Notes: generated by a model not told the origin, from the letters alone. A DNA stretch of 64,000 nucleotides from an uncultured Fibrobacteria bacterium (GCA_963716395.1 OY970309.1:384001-448000), one strand, 5' to 3'; positions 10,191 to 22,313 are shown, counted from the first letter of the stretch. Made by a program: numbers and translations.

Positions 10191-11423
10191 TCACTGTTGC
10201 ATCTTCCACCCGATTTCGCCCGCGGCCAACTTCATCAGCAACAGGGCGGTCAGGCCGGCGCGTTCGGTCAGGCTCGCAACCGACGCCCATTCGTCGTTGC
10301 CGTGCAATCCGCCCCCCACGGCTCCCAGGGTATCAATATTGGGCAGGCCGAAACCCGCTAATTTGTTGCCGTCGCACACCCCGCCGCTGGGAACCGCCTG
10401 CAAGGCCAGTCCCAATTCTTCTCCGCAACGCAAGGCTGCTTGCAGCAAAAGGCCCGACGCCCCGTCCATGGCTTTCGGCGGCGAAGTGAAATCGCCGAAT
10501 GCCTGCCAGGCAAATCCTTCGCGGCGATTCCACTCCTCGCTTTGGCGCGCGAGGAATTCACGCACCGCCCGCATTTGCCCGTCGTCGTCGACCCGCACAT
10601 TGAAACGCGCGACGCCGAGATCGGCGATGCGGTTCACGGGTCCGCCCCCGTCGATGCGGCCCACGTTCGCGGTGACCCCGGGGTGCCCGGCCGCGAAGGC
10701 GGTGAGTGCCGTGATGAATTCGGCCAACCCGTGCAGCGCATTGCGGCCCGTGACGGCGTCGCGGCCGGCATGCCCGCCGCGGCCGCGCAACACGACCGTG
10801 AAATTTCCCGAACCCTTGCGCCGCGACACCAAGGCCCCGTCGGGCAGGGCCGGTTCGAACAAAAGGCCGAGATGGTTGCGCGCGGCCGCCTCGCGCAAGA
10901 GCGGCGCGGAACCGGGCGACCCCACCTCTTCATCGGGATTGAGCAGGATTTCGAAGCCCGCCTGCGCGGCCCAGGGTGAACACAAAAAAGCCTCGAGCGC
11001 CAGCCATAACACCAAAATACCGCCCTTGGCATCGGCCGCGCCCGGGGCATAGAAACGGTCCCCTTCTTCGCGCAGTAACACCGAAGTTTCCGAATCGCCG
11101 GGGTAAACCACGTCGGTATGGATGCCGAGAAAAATCTGCAGCGGCGCCTCGCGCCCCCGGAAAAAGCGCAGGGCCGGACCCAAAGGCCGCACCGCAACCA
11201 AGCCTTTTTCATCTATGGTTTCCCAGGGGTCGAGCGGCGGGCGTTCGGCGTGGTCGACCAGCGGTGCGAACAGGTTTTCCAAATCGCCAGCAAACCGGGA
11301 CCAACCCGTGTTTTTGGGAACGGGCGAAGACGGCGTAGGCCAGCCGCACCAAGCCCGCCAACGGGGCAGGAGATTCGCAGCCCGCTCGGGAATGTCGCGC
11401 AACCAGGATTGATATTCCGACAT
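10191..11423 (-). CDS. M20/M25/M40 family metallo-hydrolase (possible succinylglutamate desuccinylase substitute)
   Basis: Motifs HTDVVY, GAADAKGG, PDEEVGS, FEP, GHAGR, CDGN, LHGNDE. Confidence 0.85.
   Translation of the reverse strand: MSEYQSWLRDIPERAANLLPRWRAWCGWPTPSSPVPKNTGWSRFAGDLENLFAPLVDHAERPPLDPWETIDEKGLVAVRPLGPALRFFRGREAPLQIFLGIHTDVVYPGDSETSVLLREEGDRFYAPGAADAKGGILVLWLALEAFLCSPWAAQAGFEILLNPDEEVGSPGSAPLLREAAARNHLGLLFEPALPDGALVSRRKGSGNFTVVLRGRGGHAGRDAVTGRNALHGLAEFITALTAFAAGHPGVTANVGRIDGGGPVNRIADLGVARFNVRVDDDGQMRAVREFLARQSEEWNRREGFAWQAFGDFTSPPKAMDGASGLLLQAALRCGEELGLALQAVPSGGVCDGNKLAGFGLPNIDTLGAVGGGLHGNDEWASVASLTERAGLTALLLMKLAAGEIGWKMQQ
10203..10240. repeat. 38-bp direct repeat, copy 2 (within the hydrolase 3' end)
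   Basis: Identical to 9565-9602. Confidence 0.95.
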
Positions 11424-11645
11424 GTCCGCCCCCATTCATTATGCTTAATTCCGAGGCGGTCGCGGGAGGGGAAAACCCCAAACGGGATAAGCCCGGCGTT
11501 GACCGGGCCTCCCTCAGCGGGTTTTCATTTTATCGAAACGGCGTCGCATGATACGCGTTCCGGCGCAGGACCCTGGCCTGCTCACGCGACTATGCTAGAG
11601 GGTGGCGGGCACTTCTGACAAGGGAATCCCGGCGGCCGGCGCGAC

Positions 11646-12431
11646 CTACATCCCCTGCCAGAATTTAAAGTTCTTTTCCTCGATTTCGCGCAGCGTAGGC
11701 ATGGGAAAAAACCGGTATTGATCCTGATACGCATACATGAATCCGTGCCGGATGCGTTTGAACGAGATTTGATCCACGGGGCAGAACAGCGAAAGGCCTT
11801 TGGTCTTTTTTTCCGGCATGACGCGCAATTCCAGAATCGCGTCCCGCAGTTTGGAGGGATGCAAAAACGGGAACGGCGCCTGGGTGAAGGGGTTGCGCTC
11901 GAAAGCGGCGAGAAACTCCTCGACGTTCAGATCGATTTGCGTGTAGAACAGTTTGGGGCAGCCTTTGGGGCTGCCGGGCTCGGTGATGTGCCGCCCGAAT
12001 TCGGGGAAGTTGAGCGGCGACATGACCAGCATGGAAAGCGGCGCGATTTCGGCGTAGGTGCGCAGAAATCCCGACTCATGCACTTTGTCGTAAGGGCCCG
12101 GCTTCAATTCCAAAATATGGGCTTCGGCGGTCGAGAGGTAAAGCGAGGTGATGGCGTTGAAATCCAAGTGCTCCATCACGCGGTAGGAACAGATGAACTT
12201 GGTACGCTTGGGAGTGCCGTCGGCATGGGGCGTCAGATGCTCCAGGCAGGCGTCGATGGCGAAGTAGGGATGGCGGAATCCGATGTCGATTTCGGCGAAG
12301 ACAAGTTTGCCGCTGTAATGACGGATGGATCCGATGAGATAATGGCGCGCGAATTCATCCGGGGACAATTGCGAAGCCACCAAGGCCTGGTTGGGATAGA
12401 GGATTTGATAGAGGCGGTTGACGAAAGACAT
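11646..12431 (-). CDS. Hypothetical protein
   Basis: 261-aa ORF with protein-like composition and an AAGGAG RBS. No family recognised. Confidence 0.75.
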   Translation of the reverse strand: MSFVNRLYQILYPNQALVASQLSPDEFARHYLIGSIRHYSGKLVFAEIDIGFRHPYFAIDACLEHLTPHADGTPKRTKFICSYRVMEHLDFNAITSLYLSTAEAHILELKPGPYDKVHESGFLRTYAEIAPLSMLVMSPLNFPEFGRHITEPGSPKGCPKLFYTQIDLNVEEFLAAFERNPFTQAPFPFLHPSKLRDAILELRVMPEKKTKGLSLFCPVDQISFKRIRHGFMYAYQDQYRFFPMPTLREIEEKNFKFWQGM

Positions 12432-12586
12432 AAAAGCCACTCCTTGGAACCGGGTTCATCCGAGGTCAATCCCGCGGAAACCCGGCGCCCTAAAATGAAT
12501 CTACTTCTCCCGGCGGCGCCTCGTCGGGCCGGGCCCGGCCGCGGGACCGCGAAGCTGTAACCCGCCGGCAACGAGACAACTTTTTT

Positions 12587-14662
<2,076 letters not shown>

Positions 14663-14745
14663 ACGCTCCTTCCACGGAATCCGCACCCTGCGTAAGGGTC
14701 GATCGGTTTTGGTATGATAGGTATTTGAACTCCGTCATACAACCG

Positions 14746-15720
14746 ATGAAACCCCCTTCCGCCTCCCCTTGCTTCGTGTTCAACGGCGATGCCGACGGCC
14801 TCATCGCCCAGCACTTGATGGAGCTGAACGGCATGCGCCCTGCGACCCGCATCACCGGACTCAAGCGCGACATCGCCCTCCTGAATCGCCCGCCGCCGGA
14901 CGCCTCGGAATTCGCGGTGTTCGATATCAGCTTCGACGTCAACCGGGCCTTCGTGGAAGCGTGGCTGCGGGGCGGAGCCCGGATGCGCTGGTTCGATCAT
15001 CATGACCCGGGCGAACCTTACGTTCATGCGGGCCTGGAAACCCATATTCACACCGCGCCCGGAGTATGTACGGCCCTCATCGTGCATCGCACCTTGGCAT
15101 CGGCCGATGTGCGCTGGGCCGCGGCCGCGGCTTTCGGCGACAACCTGACCGATACCGCCTCGGCCCTGCTGCTCCCGCTGGCCCTGCCCGCCGAAGATCA
15201 GGCGGCTTTGCGGGAATTGGGGGAGCTGTTGAATTACAACGCCTACGGCGAAACCGAACGCGACGTGCTCTTTCCGGCGGCCGCGGTCGCCGAACGCCTC
15301 GCGCCCTTCGCCGACCCCTTGGTGTTCCATCGCGAAGGCGGACTGATTCCGGCGCTGCGCGATCAATGCCGCCAGGATGAAACCCACTTGCAAGCCTTGC
15401 ACCCCGCGGAGTCGACGCCGACCGCCCGCATTTACCATTTGCCCGCCGAAGCCTGGGCCCGGCGTTTGGGATCGACCTTCGCCAACCGCCTGGTGCACGC
15501 GCATCCCGAAGCAGCCGTGGCCGTGATTCATCCCCTGCAAGACGGTAACCTACAGGTTTCCCTGCGTACGCCGAAAACCGGGGTCAAAATGACGGCGGCC
15601 GAGTTTGCCAAAGAATTCGCCACCGGGGGCGGACGCGCCCGGGCCGCCGGTATCAACCGTTTACCGGCGGATCAAATCGCGCTTTTCCACCGCCGGTTTC
15701 TGCAAGCCTACGGCGCCTGA
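14746..15720 (+). CDS. DHH family phosphoesterase-like protein
   Basis: Motifs FNGDADG, FDIS, WFDHH and C-terminal VSLR...GGGRARAAGIN (DHHA1-like). Confidence 0.75.
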   Translation: MKPPSASPCFVFNGDADGLIAQHLMELNGMRPATRITGLKRDIALLNRPPPDASEFAVFDISFDVNRAFVEAWLRGGARMRWFDHHDPGEPYVHAGLETHIHTAPGVCTALIVHRTLASADVRWAAAAAFGDNLTDTASALLLPLALPAEDQAALRELGELLNYNAYGETERDVLFPAAAVAERLAPFADPLVFHREGGLIPALRDQCRQDETHLQALHPAESTPTARIYHLPAEAWARRLGSTFANRLVHAHPEAAVAVIHPLQDGNLQVSLRTPKTGVKMTAAEFAKEFATGGGRARAAGINRLPADQIALFHRRFLQAYGA

Positions 15721-15836
15721 CCGGAGTTCGGGTCAAGGGATTGCGCACCCTCGATTTTTTCGCTCGGCGCTCGGCCGGGACCTACGGCGGGCTCAGGCCG
15801 CGACCGCCGTTGGCGAACCGATCAGGAACGGAACCG

Positions 15837-16064
15837 TCAGGCCAATTGATCGAAAATGCCGCTGATTTTGTCGGAGATGGCTTCGTTGACTTCGCCCGAA
15901 TGGTAATACCCGTTGCGCATCCGCTCACGCACATGGGCCAACTTGTTGGCGCGTTCGCCGGAGTTGGCGGCGGACTTCGCGGGCGGCTTGGTTTTTTTGG
16001 CGGCCTGCCCGGCATCGGGTTGTGAACCCCCTCCGCCGACATTCCCCACCGATCCCACATTCAT
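15837..16064 (-). CDS. FlgM-like anti-sigma28 factor
   Basis: 75 aa. Low-complexity N-terminus and C-terminal RANKLAHVRERMRNGYY...EAISDKI. A sigma28 promoter lies upstream. Confidence 0.6.
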   Translation of the reverse strand: MNVGSVGNVGGGGSQPDAGQAAKKTKPPAKSAANSGERANKLAHVRERMRNGYYHSGEVNEAISDKISGIFDQLA

Positions 16065-16122
16065 AGTGCTGCGCGGTCCCTCCGCCGCGATTGGGGTGCG
16101 GACGGACCATCTCCTATTCAGA

Positions 16123-16149
16123 TCATCGGCATTCGGGTCCGGGACTTGA
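16123..16149 (-). promoter_or_regulatory. Sigma28 (FliA) promoter
   Basis: Minus strand reads TCAA-N15-GCCGATGA versus consensus TAAA-N15-GCCGATAA. Confidence 0.7.
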
Positions 16150-16171
16150 GCGCAATTTTTAAATTGCCCCC

Positions 16172-17506
16172 ATGTCCCGGATTGCATGCAAATTCGGAGG
16201 TTCGAGCCTCGCCGATCACTCCCAATTCCTACAAGTCCGCAAAATTCTCGACTCGGACCCGCGCCGACGCATCCTCGTGGTTTCGGCCCCGGGCAAACGC
16301 CAAACGGGCGAGAACAAGCTCACCGACCTCTTATACCTATGCCATGACGAGGCGCAGAAAAACATGCCCCTCGACGCGCCGTTCAATCTGGTGCGCGACC
16401 GCTTTCTGGAAATCGAAAAGGGATTGGGTTTGGATGCAGGCATGGGCGCGGCCTTTGCGGAGTTCCGTAACCTGATATCGGCCGGAGTGGGCCGCGACTT
16501 CATCGCTTCGCGCGGGGAATATTTTTCGGGATGGCTCATGGCCGAATTCCTGGGCGCCGAATTCGTCGACCCCAAGGACTGCGTCTTTTTCGACGCGGCC
16601 GGACGTATCGATCCCAAAACCTACGCCGTGCTCGGCCGCCGTTTCTCCGACACGGCCCGGCGCTATGTCATGCCCGGTTTCTACGGTGTCGACGCCAAGG
16701 GGCAGATCAAAACCTTTTCGCGCGGCGGGTCCGACATTTCCGGGTCCATCGCCGCCCGTGCGGCGGGCGCCGAGTTGTATGAAAACTGGACCGACGTGTC
16801 GGGCCTGCTCATGGCCGATCCGCGCGTGGTGGAAAACCCCCACCCCATCGACGTCGTCAGCTATCGCGAAATCCGCGAGTTGTCCTACATGGGCGCCAGC
16901 GTCTTCCACGACGAAGCCATCGCGCCGGTGCGCGAAGCCGGCATTCCCATCAACATCCGCAACACCAACCGTCCCGACGATCCGGGTACGCGCATCGTGT
17001 CCGAATTGCCCGCAGTGACCGTCTACGACATCGCGGGCGTGGCGGGCAAAAAAAACTTCATGATGTTCAGCGTGGAAAAATCGTTGATGAACCGCGAAGT
17101 GGGCTTTGCGCGGCGCTTTCTGGAAATCTTTGAGCGGCGCGGCATTTCCATCGAGCATATCCCGAGCGGCATCGACAGCATGAGCGTCGTGGCCTCGGCC
17201 GAAGAGGTGGGCGACGACGGCGAACTCTTGCGCGAAGACATCCAGCGCATCCTGCAACCCGACAAACTCGAAGTCGAATCCGCCATCAGCCTGCTGGCCG
17301 TGGTGGGCGAAGGCATGGCGCGCCAGGTGGGCATGGCCGCGCGCGCCTTCCAGGCTTTGGCCGAGGCGCAAGTGAACGTGCGCATCATCGATCAGGGCGC
17401 GTCGGAACTGAACATCATCATCGGCGTGCTGAACGCCGACTATGAAAAAGCCATCCGCGCCTTGTACCGGGAGATGACGCAGAAGAATTCGGCGGCGGGC
17501 GGGTAG
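16172..17506 (+). CDS. lysC: Aspartate kinase
   Basis: Motifs KFGGSSLA, VVSAPG, TFSRGGSD, WTDVSG..ADPR, plus two ACT domains. Confidence 0.93.
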   Translation: MSRIACKFGGSSLADHSQFLQVRKILDSDPRRRILVVSAPGKRQTGENKLTDLLYLCHDEAQKNMPLDAPFNLVRDRFLEIEKGLGLDAGMGAAFAEFRNLISAGVGRDFIASRGEYFSGWLMAEFLGAEFVDPKDCVFFDAAGRIDPKTYAVLGRRFSDTARRYVMPGFYGVDAKGQIKTFSRGGSDISGSIAARAAGAELYENWTDVSGLLMADPRVVENPHPIDVVSYREIRELSYMGASVFHDEAIAPVREAGIPINIRNTNRPDDPGTRIVSELPAVTVYDIAGVAGKKNFMMFSVEKSLMNREVGFARRFLEIFERRGISIEHIPSGIDSMSVVASAEEVGDDGELLREDIQRILQPDKLEVESAISLLAVVGEGMARQVGMAARAFQALAEAQVNVRIIDQGASELNIIIGVLNADYEKAIRALYREMTQKNSAAGG

Positions 17507-17574
17507 CAAAGCCCGTGTCCAAATGCGCGAGGATCGCTCCGCTTGATCGGGCGGGCCAAGGCGAAGCCTTCATG

Positions 17575-18786
17575 CTAAGGGGATTCAATTCCCGCCGGCA
17601 TTTCCAAAATGCCGAATTGCGGAAGCGCTTCCGGCGCCCCATCCGGCAGGCGAATTGAAATCCTTCTGCCATCCACCCGGTATTTCCAGGGGCTTTCAAC
17701 CTCGAAGCGTGAATCCGAATTTTTATTTCCCGGGCGCCGGGAGACGAGGATGACGGAGGTGTGGGAATCGAAAACGCGCAGAACGGGTTTGGCGTCGTAA
17801 TGGGGAGCCTCGAAAAACAGGCGGGTCGCCGGGCCCGGACTGCCGGTGGGTTCCCACCAAAAAAGGCCCTTTCCATGACCATTGGGAACGGCCCGGACGA
17901 TCGAATCGACCTTCCGCAGAAATTGAACCTGCCCGGTGGTATCTTGCGGATAAGGCGTCAAGGGCGCGACGGCGCTATCATAAAAAGCCGTTTCGACCAC
18001 CAAAATATCTTTGTTGTAACGATTCGCCGTGAAATTCAATTCGTCTTGCAAGGCCGTAAGCGTACCCTGCCAATACGGGTAATAGGATTGCCCGATCACG
18101 TCGAAAGGGATCTGCCGGGCGGTGGCGCTGTCGAACCAGTCCCGGGTGGTATTGGTATCGCCTCCGCGATCGAGATGCAGCAGGATCAGCGGCATGGAAT
18201 CCGTCCCGCGTCCCGAATCCACCCCCCGTATTCCGGCCTTTAACAAATCCGCAAGATTATTCCAATGCGGCAATTCGCCATCGGGCCAGAGCATACCGTT
18301 GGTGATTTCGTTCCCGGTTTGCACCATGTCGGGCAACACTCCGGCGGCGCGGCACGCTGCGATGACATTCCGGGAATACTGATACACCGAATCGACCAGC
18401 TCGGCATGGGACAATCCCGACCAGGCGGCGGGAATGGATTGGGTGCCCGCATCCGCCCAGGTGTCGGAGTAGTGAAAATCCAGTAAAAATTTGAATCCTT
18501 CGGCCTTGGCCTCCTGCGCCAAAGCGAGGGTGTATGCCAAATCGTTGGGCAAATTCGTGGGCGTGTAGAAAAGACGCAAGCGAATCCAGTTATACCCGTG
18601 TTGCCGGAAAATTTGCAGCCCCGGTTTCACGACCCCGCTGTCGCGGAACTGTACGCCGCCATCCTCCTGTTGTTTCAGATAAGACAAATCGGCGCCGATG
18701 CAGTATTCCAGGGCGAACGCCGAGCCGGAAAATCCGAAATACGCAACGATGGCAACGATGATGCCTTTGAGGTTAAAAGGACGCAC
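17575..18786 (-). CDS. GH53 endo-beta-1,4-galactanase, secreted
   Basis: Signal peptide; GADLS, NWIRLRLF, DFHYSDTWAD, VQTGNEI, SYYPYW, VETA, FWWEP. Confidence 0.9.
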   Translation of the reverse strand: MRPFNLKGIIVAIVAYFGFSGSAFALEYCIGADLSYLKQQEDGGVQFRDSGVVKPGLQIFRQHGYNWIRLRLFYTPTNLPNDLAYTLALAQEAKAEGFKFLLDFHYSDTWADAGTQSIPAAWSGLSHAELVDSVYQYSRNVIAACRAAGVLPDMVQTGNEITNGMLWPDGELPHWNNLADLLKAGIRGVDSGRGTDSMPLILLHLDRGGDTNTTRDWFDSATARQIPFDVIGQSYYPYWQGTLTALQDELNFTANRYNKDILVVETAFYDSAVAPLTPYPQDTTGQVQFLRKVDSIVRAVPNGHGKGLFWWEPTGSPGPATRLFFEAPHYDAKPVLRVFDSHTSVILVSRRPGNKNSDSRFEVESPWKYRVDGRRISIRLPDGAPEALPQFGILEMPAGIESP

Positions 18787-18982
18787 GGCATGTACCCCAT
18801 CCGTTAACCTAGGGACAAGCCGGAAGTTGGGCCGGATAAAATTCCTTGATCTTCATCGTCAATCGGCCGGAACGAATGCGGTTGTTCCCAGGCGGACACG
18901 GGTTCAGAAAAGACCGCCCATTTCAACATCGCGCACATTTCGCCAACAAATTGATGCGGAAGAGTCTACCCTTTACCCTTTG

Positions 18983-20077
18983 ATGGGGTGGTTTATTAAT
19001 TCCGTTGCGCATTCTCTATTTGCAGTCCTGGGCCTGGGCCTTGCCTTGGCCGGGGCGCAACTCGTGTCACAAAACCTGCCCGAACCCAGCCCGAGCAATA
19101 CCCTGCTCCCGTGCGAGGCAGAGCAGGGTTTTCAGCTTCTGTTCGACGGAACCTTGGCGAGTTTTCAAAGTCATTACGCGAATTACCAACAGGGGAATGA
19201 TACCAACACCAACATCGATGCCAAGTATCAGTATTGCGCGGCCGACAGTTCGATCTGCACCAACCATACCTCCTCCGCCAATCTTCGCTCGCGCATCAAA
19301 TACGCGGACTTTGATTTGCGCCTGGATTATCGGGATGACAGCGATGCCGGCATTTCCTATCGGGGTTTGACCCGCACCGCGCTCTGGTTTCAAACGGCGA
19401 TTGAATATTCCGTGGATGACCGTACCAACACGAATACGTTCCCCGCGAAAGACATGGCGGGCGGGATTTACGGAATCTTCGCCCCGAATCCGTTGACCTA
19501 CCACACTTACAGCACCGGGCTGTGGAATTCGGTGCGCATCATCGCCAAGGGCGACAGCGTCCAGCAATGGATGAACGACACTTTGGTGTTGGCTTACCGG
19601 TTGTGGGGACCGCGTTGGGATTCGGCGTTTGCCGCCGCCGGCAAGACCGCGGCCAACACTCCGGATTTGGCCCAAAGGATTTCCGGTTGCCAATGCGCCA
19701 TCGATACCGGCTTTATCGGATTTCAAGGCGATCACATCACGTCTTGGCATATCCGCAATTTGCGCATCAACACCAATCCTTCCACCTTGAATTTCGGTCC
19801 CGCGAATTGTTCGACGACGGAAGTTCAAGCCGGCACGACCCACCCCAAATTTTCGCTGGAATCTTTACCCGGCGCCCTGCTGGTACGGTTGAACACACCG
19901 GGGGCGTTGCAGGCCGAGGTGTTGGGTTTGAACGGAAAAACTGCGGCTCAAGTCGGAGTCGAAGCAGGGGGAGAGGTTGTTCGCATCCAGGCCTGGAAAA
20001 ATCCCGGCCTGTATATCCTCTGCGTCCGGGGCGCCAGTAACCGATTGCTGCTGACCGCGAAAATTTTTCTGCCCTGA
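18983..20077 (+). CDS. DUF1080 (3-keto-glycoside hydrolase-like) secreted protein with C-terminal sorting-like domain
   Basis: GFQLLFDG, YADFDLRLDY, WNSVRIIAKGDSVQQWMN, GFIGFQGDH...IRNLRI; tail LGLNGK...GLYILCV. Confidence 0.8.
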   Translation: MGWFINSVAHSLFAVLGLGLALAGAQLVSQNLPEPSPSNTLLPCEAEQGFQLLFDGTLASFQSHYANYQQGNDTNTNIDAKYQYCAADSSICTNHTSSANLRSRIKYADFDLRLDYRDDSDAGISYRGLTRTALWFQTAIEYSVDDRTNTNTFPAKDMAGGIYGIFAPNPLTYHTYSTGLWNSVRIIAKGDSVQQWMNDTLVLAYRLWGPRWDSAFAAAGKTAANTPDLAQRISGCQCAIDTGFIGFQGDHITSWHIRNLRINTNPSTLNFGPANCSTTEVQAGTTHPKFSLESLPGALLVRLNTPGALQAEVLGLNGKTAAQVGVEAGGEVVRIQAWKNPGLYILCVRGASNRLLLTAKIFLP

Positions 20078-20114
20078 TTCGTCGGCCTTGTCCCGGTGCC
20101 ATCGGTGCGCGAGG

Positions 20115-21446
20115 TCACTCGCCGGTGTCGACCGGCACTTCGCTTGTCACCTTGCCCCCGAAATGGTTGCTGAGCGACTTGAACAGGCGCGAGAACAGCT
20201 TTTCGACGGCAAGATTTTGCTTCGCGAAATCGCCCTCGACCCGGAACTTGAAAGTGGGGGCGCCCGTGGTATCGCGGTACAAGGTGCCGCGCACCAGCGC
20301 ACTCAGACCGCGGAAATAATGCTCCTGCAAATGCCCGACCAGATCGAGCCGCAACGCGCCGTGCCATAGCAATCCGTCGGACCCGGTCTCCGGCGCGTCA
20401 AGAATCACATGCCCGTTACCCTCCACCGACAGCGGATCGCCGCGAGCCGCCAGGTCCGTGAAAAAGAATTTCCGGCCGCGCAGCCGCCAATGCCCGATGC
20501 GCAGCGAGTCGAAACGCACGTCGCGCAGCGCGGGCATATAATTCCGGATCAGGGCGTCGCTTTGGAAAGGCAGATCGGCCAGGCGCACACCGCGGCCTGT
20601 CAACGAACCGGAGGCGTCGACGGCGTCGGGGTCGGCCAGGTCGGCCTGGAACGAAGCATCGCCCTGCACCTGGCCTTGCACAATTTGATCCGCAGGCAAA
20701 TGCGGTTTGGCCCAGCGTTCCAGATCGAGGCCGTGAAATTCAACCCGACCCAAGACGCGGCCCTCCGCGCCGTAGAGCATGCGACCGCTCAAGGTGAGTG
20801 GATCGGCGTCGACCTGCAGGTCGGCGAGCTCGAAGCGATGGGGATTCCCCCGGAATCGAAAGGAGGCCGCGCGCGCCCAGACGCGGCCCGAATCACCCAC
20901 GCCTTCGGCCTGCACTATTACTGCGGCTTCGGGCCGGAACTGCGCGCGAAGATCGGCGCGGTTCGCGGTCACGACCTGCCCGGGAACCAATTCCGAGATT
21001 TTCACAGCGCGGCCGTGAAAGTCGAAGCCGGTCATGCGCGCGGCCAGAAGCGAGGCGGGGAGTTCCGCTTGCAGAGACCGCGTCCATGCGTCGAGGCGCT
21101 TCCAATGCACGATGATATCGTCGCCGTCGGCGTGCTGAATCGACAGGCGTCCTCGCAGCAATTCTTTCCACGACACGTCGAGATCGAGGCGGCCGATGGT
21201 GCAGGCCGGGGCCGCGCCCACGCGCATACCGCGGAAGTGGAAGAAACCGCGCGGCGTCAGGGTCACCTGTTCGGCCGAGATGCCGATCTGCTTCCAGGCG
21301 CGCAATTGCCTGCGGACAACGGGCAGGCGGGATATATCGGGCGGGAAGAGCCAGCACGCGGCAGCCACCGCCGCTAGAGCCACCAGCAGCCAACGCCAGC
21401 GCGGGAAAATTCGCTTGCGCTTTCTTTTCCGGACGGCTTTGGCCAT
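20115..21446 (-). CDS. Membrane-anchored AsmA-like beta-rich hypothetical protein
   Basis: Basic N-terminus, a single TM segment, then repeated beta-strand pattern (LTLSGRM, VQGDASF, LSVEGNGHV). Confidence 0.5.
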   Translation of the reverse strand: MAKAVRKRKRKRIFPRWRWLLVALAAVAAACWLFPPDISRLPVVRRQLRAWKQIGISAEQVTLTPRGFFHFRGMRVGAAPACTIGRLDLDVSWKELLRGRLSIQHADGDDIIVHWKRLDAWTRSLQAELPASLLAARMTGFDFHGRAVKISELVPGQVVTANRADLRAQFRPEAAVIVQAEGVGDSGRVWARAASFRFRGNPHRFELADLQVDADPLTLSGRMLYGAEGRVLGRVEFHGLDLERWAKPHLPADQIVQGQVQGDASFQADLADPDAVDASGSLTGRGVRLADLPFQSDALIRNYMPALRDVRFDSLRIGHWRLRGRKFFFTDLAARGDPLSVEGNGHVILDAPETGSDGLLWHGALRLDLVGHLQEHYFRGLSALVRGTLYRDTTGAPTFKFRVEGDFAKQNLAVEKLFSRLFKSLSNHFGGKVTSEVPVDTGE

Positions 21447-21464
21447 GGTGCGACGAAGCGGCGC

Positions 21465-22313
21465 TCAGCCTTCCTTCGGATCCAAGGCGTCGTTCAAGGT
21501 GTCGTTGAACAGGTTGAAGGCCAGCACCAGCAGGAACAGGGCCGCGGTGGCGGCGGCGAATTGCCACCACACGCCGCGGCCCACGAGTTCGAGGCGCGCG
21601 TCGTCGATCATCACGCCCCAACTGGGAAAGTTCTGCACGCCCACACCGAGGTACGAAAGGATGACTTCGGTTTTGATGGCGAACACGAATACCAGCGAAG
21701 CCTGCACCAACACCAGGTGCAGCACGTTGGGCAGAATGTGGAAGAACAGAATGCGGCCGTCGGTGGCGCCCAGCGAGCGCGCCGCGCGCACGTAATCGAG
21801 TTCTTTTTGCCGGATCACTTCGCCGCGCACCACGCGGCAGGTGCTCACCCAGGAGGTGACGCCGAGAGCGATGCACACCGTGGCCAGACCCTTGCCCGTG
21901 GGCAAGACCAGCGCCAGGGCCAGCAGCAACAGAATGGTGGGCACGGCGTCGAGCGTGGAATAGAGCCACACCACCAGGGCGTCGGCCGCGCCGCGGAAAT
22001 AACCCGAGACCAATCCCAGCAAGGTGCCGAAGGGAATGGCGATGCCGGTGGACACGAAACCCACGATCAGCGCCACGCGCGTGCCCTGGATGGTGCGCGC
22101 CCACACCGAGCGGCCCAGCACGTCGAGGCCGAAGGGGTGCGCGAACGAAGGGGGCGCATAGGCCGCGCCGACGGGCTGGGCGTAATACGACGCCAAAATT
22201 CCGCTCAACGCCAGCAAGCCCACCACGAGATAGGCGGCGATCACGGCCACCGCCAACAGGGCCAGCTTGTCGCGGCCGAAATGCCGGCGCACGCGTTCCC
22301 ACAAATCGCGCAT
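21465..22313 (-). CDS. Peptide ABC transporter permease (OppC/DppC-like)
   Basis: HPFGLDVLGR; EAA loop YVRAARSLGA; HILPN; PSWG. Confidence 0.9.
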   Translation of the reverse strand: MRDLWERVRRHFGRDKLALLAVAVIAAYLVVGLLALSGILASYYAQPVGAAYAPPSFAHPFGLDVLGRSVWARTIQGTRVALIVGFVSTGIAIPFGTLLGLVSGYFRGAADALVVWLYSTLDAVPTILLLLALALVLPTGKGLATVCIALGVTSWVSTCRVVRGEVIRQKELDYVRAARSLGATDGRILFFHILPNVLHLVLVQASLVFVFAIKTEVILSYLGVGVQNFPSWGVMIDDARLELVGRGVWWQFAAATAALFLLVLAFNLFNDTLNDALDPKEG

